A DNA stretch of 64,000 nt from Octopus sinensis. Lineage: Eukaryota. The stretch is taken from contig NC_043000.1 in assembly GCF_006345805.1 (NCBI RefSeq), positions 42,222,001-42,286,000 of the forward strand. The letters are read 5' to 3'. The translations under genes were made by a program, and so were the position numbers. Positions 51,243-64,000 of the stretch are shown piece by piece. The notes under the pieces were generated by a model. That model made no database searches. It was not told the origin of the DNA and saw only the letters and a list, made by a program, of their open reading frames with translations. Position 1 is the stretch's first letter. Each line of letters begins with the position of its first letter.

Positions 51243-52960
51243 ATCATCATCATCATCATCATCGTTTAACGTCCGTTTTCCATGCTAGCATGGGTTGGAC
51301 AGTTCTACAAGGATCTGGGAAGCCAGGAGGCTGCACCAGGCTCCAGTCTGATCTGGCAGTGTTTCTACAGCAAGATGCCCTCCCTAAAGCCAACCACTCT
51401 GTGAGTGTAGTGGGTACTTTTTACGTGCCACCGGCACAGGGGACAGATGAGGCTGGCAACAGCTACAATCAGTTGGTGCTTTTTATGCGCCACCGGCATG
51501 GAAGCCAGTCAAGGTGACGCTGGCATTGGCCATGTTCGGATGGTGCTTTTTATGTGCCACCAGCACAGGTACAACAACTACAATTTCCATTTGATTTTCA
51601 TCTTGATGTTGATGTACCCGACTCAATAGGTTTCCTCAAGCACAGCAGGTTGCCCTATGATCCAAGGTACTTTTGAATGGGCTGGGGTTAGTTATGCAAA
51701 ACTGGTGTACGATACAGCCATGAACTCACTTTATTTGCTGGGTCTTCACAGTCACAGAATATCTCCAGAGGTCTCAGTCTTTTGTCATTGCCTCTGTTAG
51801 GCCCAACGTTCGAAGGTCATGCTTGACCACCTCATCCCATGTCTTCCTGGGTCTACCTCTACTCCAGATTCCTTCAACTGTTTGGGAGTGGCACTTCTTC
51901 ACACATCTCCCCTCATCCATCTGTAGTACTTGACCATACCAGCGCAAACGTCTCTCTTGCACGCCACATCCTATGCTTGTAATGTCCAACATTTCTCTCA
52001 GGGTGCTTACACTCTATCGAGTGTGCACACTGACATTACACATCCAGTGGATCATGCTAGCTTCATTTCTTTTGAGCCTATGCATGTCCTCTACAGTCAC
52101 AGCCCATGTTTCACTGCCATGAAGCATGGCAGTTCGCACACATGCATCATACACTCTACCTTTCACTCTAAGCGAGAGGCCCTTTGTCACCAGTAGGGGT
52201 AGAAGCTTTCTAAACTTGCCCAAGCTATTCTTATTCTTATTCTTATTCTAGTGGTAACACTCTTTGAGCATCCACCTCCGCTACTAACTTGGTCACCTAG
52301 GTAGCAGAAGCTATCAACTACTTCTAGTTTCTCCCCCTGGAGTGTGATGGAATCTGTTTTCTGAGCATCTGTGGTGTTTATTGCTCCTGTGCATCTGCCG
52401 CACACAAAAGCTTTCTTCTCGGTTAATTTTCCTTTGATGTTGCTGCACCTCTTATGTGCCCATAGCTTACACTGTGTACATCTTATAGTGTTTCTACCTA
52501 CACGTTTTCTACAGATTGAGCAGTGCCACCTACATGAGGGTGTGTGTGATGTGTTCGCCTTCCTACTTACTATAAATTTGGTCTTTGCTACATTGACTCT
52601 AAGGCCTTTTGATTCTAAACCTTGCTTCCAAACTTGAATTTTTTTTTCTAGTTCTGGTAGTGATTCTGCTATGAGGGCCAGATCATTAGCACAGAGGAGC
52701 TCCCAGGGGCAACCCATCTTGAATTCCTCTGTTATTACCTGGAGGTCTATGATAAATAAAAGGGGACTGAGGGCTGAAACTTAGTGGATCCCTACTTCTA
52801 CCTGGAATTCTTCACTGTACTCATTGTCAATCCTAACCTTACTAATGGCCTCTCTATATAGGGTCTGTACTGCTCTTATTAACCATTCGTCAATCCCCAG
52901 TCTCCACATCGCCCACAGATAATGGATTGGGAGACCCTGTCAAAGGCTTTCTCCAAATAC
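51243..52960 (-). mobile_element. 5'-truncated RTE-type LINE with RT remnant, PHD-like finger and (GAT)n tail
   Basis: LEKAFDRV, LSPLLFII, degenerate YADD (CAND), FCYLGD, RRLRWYGQVL...GRPRKTW; flanked by (CA)n on both sides. Confidence 0.9.
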
Positions 52961-54203
52961 TTTGAAATGTACACACACACACACACTCACACACACACAC
53001 ACACATATATATACACACACACACATATATACACACACACACACATACATATATATATATATCCACGCATACACACATATATACAATAGGTTTCCATACA
53101 ATTTCCATCTACCTAATTCATTGTCAGGCATTGGATGATCTGGGGATATAGTAAAAGATATTTAACCAAGGTGCCATGCAGTGAGACTAAGCCCAAAACT
53201 GTGTGGTTGCAAAGTGAGCCATACTTAGGGGTTTTAGTATTTTCATTTTAAGAAATATTTATTGCCCGTTAAATCCTCACTTGAATTGATAAAATTTACA
53301 TTTATCAATTTTTAACAAAAATTAGGGAAATCATATTTCAGGATCATTCTGAAATAGAGTATAGTATTATATATCATAGAATTTAAAGATATATCATCAT
53401 ATATATTGTATTATTGTAGATTATGGAAAAGTACATTGCAGTCATAGCTGAATGGGAACTAAATGTGATATATGAGATGGTGTGCTGATAAAGAAGAGGG
53501 GGGAGGAATGAAAAGGGGAGATAACTTTTGTCACAATGTATATTTAAAAGAGAGGAGGGAAAAAGTTGTTGAGTGAGAGAGAGAGAGAGAGAGGGAGGAT
53601 GATAGATAGACATGTAGTGTTATCACCATAGTAACTAACAGATTTTGATTAAAATTCAGGAATTTTAAATGCAAGTCGGCAATACAGACTAAAAAAAAAT
53701 GACTATGTGTGTATATATATATATGTATATATAACACATATAGTTATCTTTTTGTTTGTGTGTGTTTCTGTGTGGCTTTCAACATATAGACAATACAACA
53801 CAGACTTTTAAAAAGGACTTTCAGTCTAATGATATGTTGTTGAGATAGAAATACAGAGCGAGAGAAGGTGGGTGTGAATAATAGAATTAAAATTGTGTCA
53901 AGAAAGAAGAACGCAGGTTGCTGTTGAGCATATCAATATGATCATTGTAGTAGGGTACTGATGAAGGGTTCTGCTGTTTCATCTTGCCTAGGTCGATATC
54001 CAGTTGATACCACAATGATACCTAGTTTTAATATAACTGGAAACATTAGAGGATTTAGCCACAAGCATGAACAATGGAAATTTTCCTCAAACTCTGAAAT
54101 AAACATGCGAAAAGTGCTTCAAGATATATTCAGAAGTAAGTAATTTGTAAAAAAATTCAAATGTGAAGCTTGTTTTTGTGGCGTAACTTTTAAATAAAGA
54201 ATT

Positions 54204-54924
54204 TATCATCATCAATCAACGTCTGTTGTTCATGCTGGCTTGGGTTGGATGGTTTGGCCAGGGCTGGGAAGCTGAAGGGCTACACCAGATTTCAGTCTGA
54301 TTTGGTATGGTTTCTACGGCTAGATGACCTTCCTAACGCCAACCACTCCAAGAGTGTAATGGGTGTTTTTACGTGGCACCGGCACGAGTGCCATTTTCAT
54401 GAAATCTGTATTTGCCACGACTACAATTTCACTTGGCTTGATGGGTCTTCTACTCAAAAACTGCATATTGCTGAAGGTCTGTCATTTGCCATTGCCCCCG
54501 AGAGGGTCAACGCTTGAAAGGTGCATTTTACGTGTCACTGGCACAGATGCTAATTAAGCAACACCGGCATGGGCTACATTGCCTCCATGAGACCCAACGC
54601 TCAAAAGGTGCATTCTACATGCCACCAGCACGGGTGCCAGTTACATGACACTAGCATCAGTCACAACTATGATTTCACTTGGCTTGATGGGTCTTCTGAA
54701 GCATGGCGTATCGCCAAAGGTCTCGGGCATTAGTCATTGCTTCTGTGAGGCCCATCGTTCGAAGATCTTGCTTCACCACCTCATCCCATGTCTTCCTGGG
54801 TCTACATCTACTATAGGTTCCCACCACCACAGTTAGAGATCGGCACTTCTTTACACAGCTCTCCTCGTCCATACACATTACATGACCATACCAGCTCAGT
54901 CATCTCACTTGCACACCACATCTG
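54204..54924 (-). mobile_element. RTE LINE 3' fragment with 12-bp target-site duplication
   Basis: RPRKTWDEVVKQDLRTMGL...DLWRYA; AAATAAAGAATT at 54192-54203 and 54925-54936. Confidence 0.9.
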
Positions 54925-57780
54925 AAATAAAGAATTATATTAAATAAATTGCTTTTAAAATGCTAACTTTGAGGAATATGTATATTTGCCAGTTCATGTA
55001 CATTAGGTTCAATCGTAGACAACATTGAACGCAGATCATCTTTTGAAGTACATGCGGTTATATGATAGTATATGTACCACTGTACTGAACCCATTCTCAA
55101 CAAAATATGAATCCCGTAGCGATGTTCTAGAGATTAAGGTGTCTAGAACTCATACAGGGCGTAGCTAACTGAATTGAATACTGCACGAATAAAAAAAAAT
55201 TGACAAAGTTAATCACTTCCTCTTTTAATCAAGTATTCAGTGTATACAGATCAACTGAAAATAGGTCAATAATCTAATTGAAGGTGATCATGCTATGTAA
55301 ATCATGGAATCGCCCACTAATATCATCATCAAGAGAATTTAGGTGAGTTGGGAATGTTAATCTCGTCTCTAATCTCATGGTAAATGATGAGTCACTTCTG
55401 GCAATATTTTGTTGATTCAATCGTAATTTGACCACAATGACGTGATAATACTTTTGGCCCTTACATTACACATCTTAAAACTTTTGTAACTACATTATTG
55501 TTGAATTGTATTTGTTGAACCTATCTGCTAGATAAGCAATATTATGATGATTTAAGTTTGAAATCGGTTGCCAAAGGATGGTTGTGGTGTTGCATAAATT
55601 TGATCACTATTAAACAATCAAAAAAAGAGTGTGTTAACGATTTGCCCTTGGAAAATTATCTTATTTGTGTATGCAGAAGTAATTGTTCAAATTGTTTACC
55701 ATTTGGTTTGCATAATTGCTGTAATAGCCTATCATTAGAGAAAGAGAACTTAATAAATTTACCGACACTATTACAAGGTGTAATACAAAATTACAATGGT
55801 TGACAAAGATATTTTGCAGCAACACGTTATCTGTACAAATAGTAAAAACAAGTGTTTCCTGCTTCCAATATGCTATAATGCCTAAAAGGGCCGAGCTGGT
55901 AAAATCATTGGCATGCCAGTCGAAATGATTAGTGGAGTTTCGTCCGCATTATGTTCTGCGTTCAAATTCTGCCTAGGTTGACTTTGCCTTTCGTCCTTTC
56001 AGGGTGGATGAAATGAATACCAAATACCAGTTGCGCACTGAAATTGATGTAACTGACTTTTCTCTCTCTCGATAATTGCTGGCCTTCTGCCAAAATTTGG
56101 AAATAATATGCAATAATATTTTGATGTCTATCAATCTCGTCAAGATAACCATCATTTGTAGGTAACTATTTTAGTCAGCAAAATTATTATAAGATGGGAT
56201 ATATCTGGTTATACTTACAGGATTATTATCTAAAACATAAGTAATATTTCTTAAATAATTGGAAGAATTAATGACTTGCTAACAGCAGCTTTCTTAATAT
56301 TATCATGATTCTGGAAACTTTAACTGAGAATATGACCCTCTTCAAATTTTCCTGGATTTTAATATAACAATAACATTTCTTCAAATGCAAGAAAGAATGT
56401 ATAGGTTTATATGTGTGTATATCCATACATACATACATACATACATACATACATACATGCATACATCCAATACATACATACATACATACATACATACATA
56501 CATACATACATACATACATACATACATTAATTCATCTGCTACAAATGATCAAGATATCTGGCACTATAAAAATCTGCAAGACCTTAAGATTTAAAGGATG
56601 ACGTTAAATCTAGATACTTTCCTTCACAACCTTGCTACCAAGTCTGTGGCTAATCAAAATTTAATTTGAATTAAAAAAGAAAAGGTAGACATACAGTATA
56701 TAAGATGGGCTTTTGTCTTGGTATAAAAGATGGGCTACAGTAAATATTCTGCTCAATTCTACAAATTTACTTGTCAGGTGTTTGACCTTAACCAATATGT
56801 GCATCTCTGATCACGAGCAGTAGTTTGTGGGTGGAGTGGTGGGTAATCATAGCCATGTGCTGAGAGGAATTCTTTGAGATTTGAATAATTCATCTCTGGA
56901 AACATTGGTGTTTTGTTCAAGACCCTTAAACAACTCTTATTCGGAGACCTTTTGAGTGAGGTGGGCTACTCGACGTGAAGAAAATTCTAACTGCAAAATC
57001 ATACGCTGTTTACCACGATATGAGATCACCATGTTGAGCACATTTGGTTGTGATGCATGTTCCTTCTGTAGCCTTATCAGATGAGTAATCATAATGGGTA
57101 TATTGGGCTCGTATATTTTACGCCAGTGTCACTTTGATGGCATGCAAGCTCTCTCATACACGCGCACACACCTAAAATGATAAACACTGTACTACAATAT
57201 ATGTACACATAAGAGGATTGAACAAACCCATGAGAATAATAAGTAACTGATTTTGATTGTTTTTTTTTTTGCTGGTATATGCCATTTTATGGTAAGATAT
57301 ATTTTAAACTGAACTCAAGAGATTTGATAGTTAACATTGCTATTATCAAGTTATCTAAAATGCACAGTGTATGTTCAAGCTCTGCATGCAGACAATCTGT
57401 AATCAACCATCTCCTAAAATAGACTATCAGATTCTGTAATGCATATTAATTTTTGTACATTTTCGTGTACTTGCTAATTTAGTAAGTGATGCAAGTGATG
57501 CGAAAATAATGCCATTCAGTAGGTTATTATCATTATAACCGATTTAATAAATATTTGTCTCTATATAAACGATTAGTTGCCTAATTGAACATGAACAGAA
57601 TGGCGATGCTAATTATAATCATATTATTTATGCGAAAACTTTTATACATTTAAAGTTATGTACAGATCGCATATATAACTCCATAAAGCGGAATGTTTAA
57701 TACTTAATTCGCCGAAGTGGTGTGACTCAAGCGTCTAGAGTTTCGAGCCAATGTACATACATACATACATACATACATAC

Positions 57781-58093
57781 ATCTAAATCGCATCACATAA
57801 CGACAATACGGCACAACTATTTCACCTCAATTGGACCCGCTCTCTTCAACATTACACCAGGACACGTCAAAAAAGAAACTGACCACACAAAATTCAAGAA
57901 ATCTTTGGACAAATTCCTTCAAACAGTACCGGACAAACCACCCACACCCGGATATGTCTCCGCAAACAATAACTCTCTGCTCGAATGGGCCTTGGTGCCC
58001 AAATCCTGAACTGAAAGACTTCGCCAGGTGGTTCTATTAAGTTAGACATGGCCTGGGCCAATACTGGCCAAAACCTTTCTAAGTTATTCTAAG

Positions 58094-58095
<2 letters not shown>
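57781..58095 (+). mobile_element. CR1/L2-group LINE 3' fragment within (ATAC)n
   Basis: GPALFNITP...FKKSLDKFLQTVPDKPPTPGYV..NNSLLEW*. Confidence 0.75.
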
Positions 58096-58124
<29 letters not shown>

Positions 58125-59579
58125 CATACATACATACATACATACGTGTGTGTGTGTTTAAAGTTTGCGTGTCTGTATGAATCTGCCGAGATAGAGATCG
58201 ACAAAATCTATATGACTGAAATAAGTATTGGGATCAATAAGACTGTCGTATTTTAACGTGGTCGCAGTCCAGTGAATAAAACCAGCAAAGGAATATAAAA
58301 TAGTCAAAAGACGGTGGTCAACGTCTATGATATTTCCATCTCCTCCAAGAGTGGTAAGTACAGTTCATGTCTAGCTTGAATAACTAACGTAAATGTAAAA
58401 AAAAAAAAAATGTAGTCTTAGAGGGAAATTCTGGAATAGCTGCTATTTTACAGCGCACCTTACATCTCTTCTGTAGAATGAAAATTAAATGATTCAATGC
58501 TGACCTTCTTGAAGCCGCTTCTGCTTCTATGAGGTAAACTCCTTATTTCAAAATGATCTAAATTAAAACCTTCCATCAAATTAAAACAGTCCAAGTTAAA
58601 TTAGGTCTCAGGCATTAGCTTAATGACAAAGCTATTTATTAAATTCTTTGTTATTTTCAAAATTGTTTGAGACAAGGGCAGCATATTTCAACAGAAATAT
58701 AGTAACTAAAAGGTTAAAATGAAAGTAAAATGGAATGTAAATACATTTTATAATCCCGTTGTTTGTTTCATTTCTTAAATATTGGTTTCAAATTTTGGCA
58801 CAGTGCCTACAGTTTTGGGGAAGGAGGCAAATCGATTATATCAACCCCAGTGCTCAACTGGTACTTATTTTATCGATCTCGAAAGGATAAAAGGCAAATT
58901 CGACCCTGGTGATGTTCGATTTCAGAATCTAACGTCAGAAGAAATGCCATTACGCATCCGGTGCGGTAACGATTCTGCCATTTGCTGCTCTTCATTTCCT
59001 AAATATTTTATTTATATTTTAAGGCGAGTTGGAAGAACTGTTAGCAAACCGGGCAAAACATTTAGAGGCATTTCGTCCATCTTTACGTTCTGAGTTCAAA
59101 TTCCATTGAGGGCGAATTTACCTTTCATCCTTTGGCGGGGTAGGGGTGGGGTCGATTACATTAGTACCAGTTCAATACTGGAGATCGATGTAATCGACTT
59201 ACCCACTTCCTCGAAATTGCCGACCTTGTGCTAAAATTTTAAATCAATATTTTATTTAATATTATTGTGCTCCGACTACACTAAAGCACACCACTCATCA
59301 TACGAGCTCTCTAGAATGTTACAGTTCTGGAGCAGAAAGGACTGGGCGAAGAGTTTAGTACTGACAGAGAGCAAAGTAAAGGAGAGACGAATGGAAAACT
59401 AGGCCTGGGTTATTAACATTATTTTCTATTCTAGGCACAATGCCCGAAATTTTTGGGGAGAGGGCTAGTCGATTAGCTCAACCTCAGTACGCAACTGGTA
59501 CTTAATTTATCAACCCCGAAAGAATGAAAAGCAAAGTCGACCTCGGCAGAATTTGAACTCAGATCGTAAAGACATTTGA

Positions 59580-59820
59580 AATACCTATTTCTTAAACTAC
59601 ACACAAGGAGCTAAACACAGAGGAGACAAACAAGGATAGACAAAGGGATTAAGTCGATTACATCGACCCCAGTGCGTAACTGGTACTTAATTTATCGACC
59701 CCGAAAGGATGAAAGGCAAAGTCGACCTCGGCGGAATTTGAACTCAGAACGTAACGGCAGACGAAATACTGTTAAGCGTTTTGTCCAACGTGCTATCAAT
59801 TCTGCCAGCTCGCCGCTTTG
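59580..59820 (-). mobile_element. SINE family B (core CTTTCATCCTTTCGGGGTCGATAAA..AAGTACCAG, possibly Meta-domain); copies at about 2060-2290, 25655-25840, 28040-28500, 39625-39830, 43025-43235, 55890-56110, 58770-59240, 59420-59580, 61175-61400, 62900-63090
   Basis: Recurrent core with tRNA-like head and ATT-rich tails. Domain naming is from memory and tentative. Confidence 0.8.
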
Positions 59821-61921
59821 GTGTAGGTAGAAATGCTATCCTAAAAGACAGAGTAGTCACGATTGGAATGTCTTTCATCATAAGTTTGCTGGATCAAATT
59901 TAACTCGGAGCACGACAACAGCAACATGTACGAACCAGCGTGGAAGCCTCTAATCAATCGGTTGACCTGTAAGGAATAATAATTAAGCCTCCTTCAAATC
60001 ATAGCCTATTGTCTTAAAAATGAATGATACACCCGATAATAAAATCCCAGGATAAACTATTTGAAAATAAAAAATCTGATCGTATGTATTATGATCGTAA
60101 TAGATATTACGGTTGTAAGTGTGGAGTAAGGTAAGACTACTAGATCTCCCGTTGGTCAGCGTTGATTATGTATTTGCACCAGGAAAGCTCTCTGTAGAAT
60201 GTGGTACTGGGCAAAGACATTATCTAAAATTGGCATTTGCACAGGCAGCAAATATCCTCTTTTTATATAACCGATGTAGTTTTAGGAAAAAACAGAGGTT
60301 GATAAAACTTTATACCTCCGTCATTGGAGGATTGGTAACTTTATGAAATGAACTGGTAAATGTTTAATGTAGATCTGGTGCACAACCAGATGGAGGAAAT
60401 TGGTGCACAGTATATCACAACGGTATCCCTGCAATACCCACAAGACCAAGACCATACATACATACATACAAGGAGCCTTGGATCTAGGTTAGAAACCGAC
60501 TCTTTCTCTGTAAGTAAGAAATCTTGAAAGAAAACTGAATGATATACATGCATGCATACGTACATGTCGCAAATGCAAAATATAAGTTAGTTCTAGAGCG
60601 CACAATGTTCCTGAAGGTCAGTAATGGTCTTCCTTGATCACGAGTGGACGGCCATTATGTATGTATGCATGCATGTATGTATGTATGTATGTATGTATGT
60701 ATGTATGTATGTATGTATGTGTGCATGTACGTATGTATGTGTGCATGTATGTGTGCATGTACGTATGTATGTATAAATGTATGTGTGTTTGTGAAATTCA
60801 TAATATACATAATGTATGTGTGTGTGTATGTGTGCGCATAATTATATACACACATAAACAAAACGATTCAAAATTATTTCAAGCCCGAGAGACCAAAATA
60901 GAGGTGTTTATTGCACTTAGCCACAAAGAAGTACCGATGCAGCGCATTAAAAACACCCAAGTCTTCGAAATACTCTAGTGTTTTACCTATTCCTCTCAAA
61001 AACATGTCCCACAAGTAGACAATACGCTGCACATAAATGTGCGCGGTAGAGTGGTTGAAAGTGTCTAATTGAACAGGCCCATCTCTGGGACTAGACTCTA
61101 TATCTTTCCAGTTGGAATGTGTGTGACATTGTGTCAATGTGAAAATTCAACATTACAACTTCAAGTAGGGCTGAAGATTTACCGAATCGTTAACGCGTCT
61201 GCAAAAATGCTTTGCGGTATTTTTTCAGGCTTTTTACACTCCGACTCCAAATCCTACTGCAGTCAACTTTGTAGTTCATCCTATTTGAGTCGATAAAATT
61301 AAGATGAATTAAAAAAGCAGTCAAGTACTTGGGGCGATGGAATCGACTCACTCGTCTCAAAATTGCTGGCCTTGTGCCTAAATTAGACACAATTATTATT
61401 GCTTGAAGAAAATCTAATCTAAAAATATGTTCAGAATATCCATAATATTTTATGGTACAAGGAACAACAGTATTACTGTATAAATGTCATTAAAAAGAAA
61501 ATATGTAACTTTTGTTTCGTAAAAATAAAACAAAAATATATATAGAAAAATCAATATTTATTTATTCGGTAAACCTGCCACTGACTTTTGCAAAATATTT
61601 CCTCCGCAAATCTTAATATTGGCAACTTGTGTTCCGCACCATAGAAATATAATATGACTACTGGCATCTTAAATGTTCACAACTTGCTTGATGCTAATGT
61701 CTTTAGGAGTCTGTCGGTCTACGTAATATGCAGCGAACACAACAGTGTATTGTCTTTTAAATGAAATGTGCTGATATGATTAATCCACTTTTTGCATTAC
61801 ATGCCGAGTACAGTTGGTGAATATAATAGATGTGCATTGAACATCTGAGAGACAAACAGACAGAATGATTGTAAGTTTATTTAGGAAAGTCGATTGGATA
61901 ATGTACAGTTCATTGTTCAGG

Positions 61922-61955
61922 ATGTCGTACTTGCAAAGGCTGAAAAATTACACTG
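61922..61955 (+). CDS. Candidate first coding exon of an unidentified gene (MSYLQRLKNYT-G)
   Basis: TTCAG acceptor at 61920, ATG at 61922, G/GTAAGA donor, phase 1 compatible with 63384. Confidence 0.3.
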
Positions 61956-63383
61956 GTAAGAAGAATAAAATGAGTATGATCGATTATAGCATAAAAATTT
62001 TGTTGTAACTAACTTCTACAATCTCAGCAAGAACAAAAAAGTAAATAAATAAATAGATAGCTAAAAGGACCCAACAAACTTTTTTCTGTGAAATAGGGAT
62101 AAGGAATATTGTAGTAGTAGTAGTAGTAGTTGTAGTAGTAGTAGTAGCAGCAGCAGTTGTAGTAATAGTAGCAGCGTGTGAGAATGCGACCTCGTTAGCT
62201 CTTGCCCAACGTACGCAACAGCTAACAGACATCGAGTAGATATGAGGCAGAATACACAGAAGATAAACGCGGCTTTCACTTGTAAACACTTTCCATGATT
62301 ATTCAACTTGCATATATTTGTGGCCTGGAATAAAGGCATTTAAAAGTTACAGCTTGGTTCTATAAATTCATTGTACAGTGTTCCTTTATCGAATGACGTA
62401 TATTTCAGCCTTCTGAACGGAGTCATCATTAGATGGTTTCACCTCGTGAGACCACGGCCATCCATAATGGAGGCAGCTACCGCCGGGGGGGGGGGGGGTA
62501 ACGGCCCCTACAAACCCATGACCTAATTTTCCAACACGAACATTTTCAAGATAGAGAGGGTGTGACTTTAGAAAGATTTGGTTCTTATTTCTTCCAGATC
62601 GAACGGCTATGTTGAAGCTTACTCGTTATTAGCTTTTGCTCAAAGGTAAACATAAAAATATTCCTCCAGCAGTCGCCTACTGCCGAGAGGGATTTAAGCT
62701 GGCCCCATGATCAACACCTCAGAATCTGTGCTATTTACTGTCAAGTAGCTCACCTCTCAGGTCACAAACATTTTTTTATCGCTTAGTCAATTGTCCATGA
62801 TACATTATAAGGTATCCAAGATTGGTAAGAGTTGGGGTAGAAAATTATCCTCTAGCTTTAGATCTAGTTTCATTACTTTTAACAGAATGGATTCTGCTAA
62901 GAGCATGCAATGCCACAGTGGGATTTAATCTCCGGATTTAAAGAGCAAGTTCCACTACCACAAAGCATCTCGTCCAACGCTGTAATGATTCTACCAATCT
63001 ACTGCCCTAGACGGGAATCCAAAATATATACCGCAAAGTATTTCGTCCGATTCTTTGATAAATCTGTCAATTCAGTTCACTGTAAATTCTAGCAGGTCAG
63101 CTTAGGTGGGTCGAAGAAGTTCGTAGCAACCAACGAGTTATAAGTTTTTCCACTCTTCTCCCTCAATGCTAAAAGTTTAGAATGGTGCTCATTTCTTTTT
63201 CAATGCCATTAAGCAAATATCATTGGGGGTAAATACATTTAAGTTAACTGCAATAGAAACCATTTTGGCTTACACGTTGCTGGTTTAAGAGGCTTTCTGT
63301 AATATTGTATAATTTTGCCGCATTTTCGGCAGGAGTCCCAATCCTTATTGCAAACCACTCAAGTCACATATTTTAATCATCAG

Positions 63384-63535
63384 GATATTATCAAACTGGT
63401 AGAATCAGTCAAACCATAGACGTTAAAGTGACAACTAAAATTACTCCAGATCACCGTAGAGTGCCAAAAGGCATAAATGTTAAGGACACCAAAAGTCAGT
63501 GCATCCTGAGCAAATGCATACAGGATTTTGAAATG
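63384..63535 (+). CDS. Candidate exon of an unidentified gene (GYYQTGRISQTIDVKVTTKITPDHRRVPKGINVKDTKSQCILSKCIQDFEM)
   Basis: CATCAG acceptor, ATG/GTAAAT donor, 152 nt open, non-repetitive sequence; no family recognised. Confidence 0.4.
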
Positions 63536-63794
63536 GTAAATTAAATTACCAGAACTAGAAGTTCGTCTTTGCCAAATTATTTCTACTGTGCGACCGTGCG
63601 CTAGTTTATCATCTGGAATATATCTATAAATGATTGTGCGCACTGTTGTTGAATAATCGTTGAAACCGGCTCTTTCTCTCTTGGCATGAAATCTTGAAAT
63701 GAAACTGAATAGTGATATACATACATATAATACATACATAAATACACACATACACACACACGCACGCACACACACACACACACACACACTTACA

Positions 63795-63842
<48 letters not shown>

Positions 63843-64000
63843 GTAGTGCAATCCGAAAGGATTTTGATACAGGAAGTTAGTTAGCATCAAACTTGTGCAC
63901 ATGCTCAGTTTCGATTGATGCAAAATTAAACAGTAACAACTATAACAACAACAGCAGCAATAAATATATGTAAATTCCTCATGATATTTGTTCAAGCCTT

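Noticed and set aside
53958-53990. CTGATGAAG hammerhead half
   Set aside because: It is followed by TTTCATC, forming a simple hairpin, with no GAAA or stem III.
62061-62339. Minus-strand ORF with hydrophobic stretch resembling a signal peptide
   Set aside because: It runs into a (TAC/TGC)n microsatellite and has no donor or homology support.
62483-62498. Poly-G run as a G-quadruplex element
   Set aside because: Single homopolymer of uncertain length with no supporting context.
62598-62645. AG...GT bounded mini-exon
   Set aside because: The acceptor is part of a dispersed repeat also seen near 17330-17370.

Overview
AT-rich, microsatellite- and transposon-dense animal genomic DNA. The SINE/LINE repertoire looks like Octopus (inference from repeat families, not proven). 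Two motile-cilia/flagellar genes sit head-to-head with start codons about 1.5 kb apart. CFAP47 is on the minus strand (first three coding exons, continuing off the left edge). A complete 7-exon DNAJB13 is on the plus strand (951-nt CDS, 316 aa, 9859-50222; intron 1 is GC-AG). RFX X-box and forkhead motifs lie between them. The introns hold tRNA-derived SINEs, RTE, R4/Dong and CR1 LINE remnants, mariner remnants and several MITEs with intact termini. The most notable signal is a set of mutually non-homologous, (TA)n-flanked cassettes in DNAJB13 introns that fold as type I hammerhead ribozymes of the minimal, dimer-type kind known from Penelope-like elements and retrozymes. One has a fully canonical core and GUC site (12515-12614, sense strand), one has a G3-C8 swap of the conserved C3-G8 pair (21346-21394), and two have single core substitutions. 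Two of them lie within near-perfect 48-51 bp inverted repeats. All structures were folded by eye and none is shown to be active. A possible further plus-strand gene starts near the right edge.
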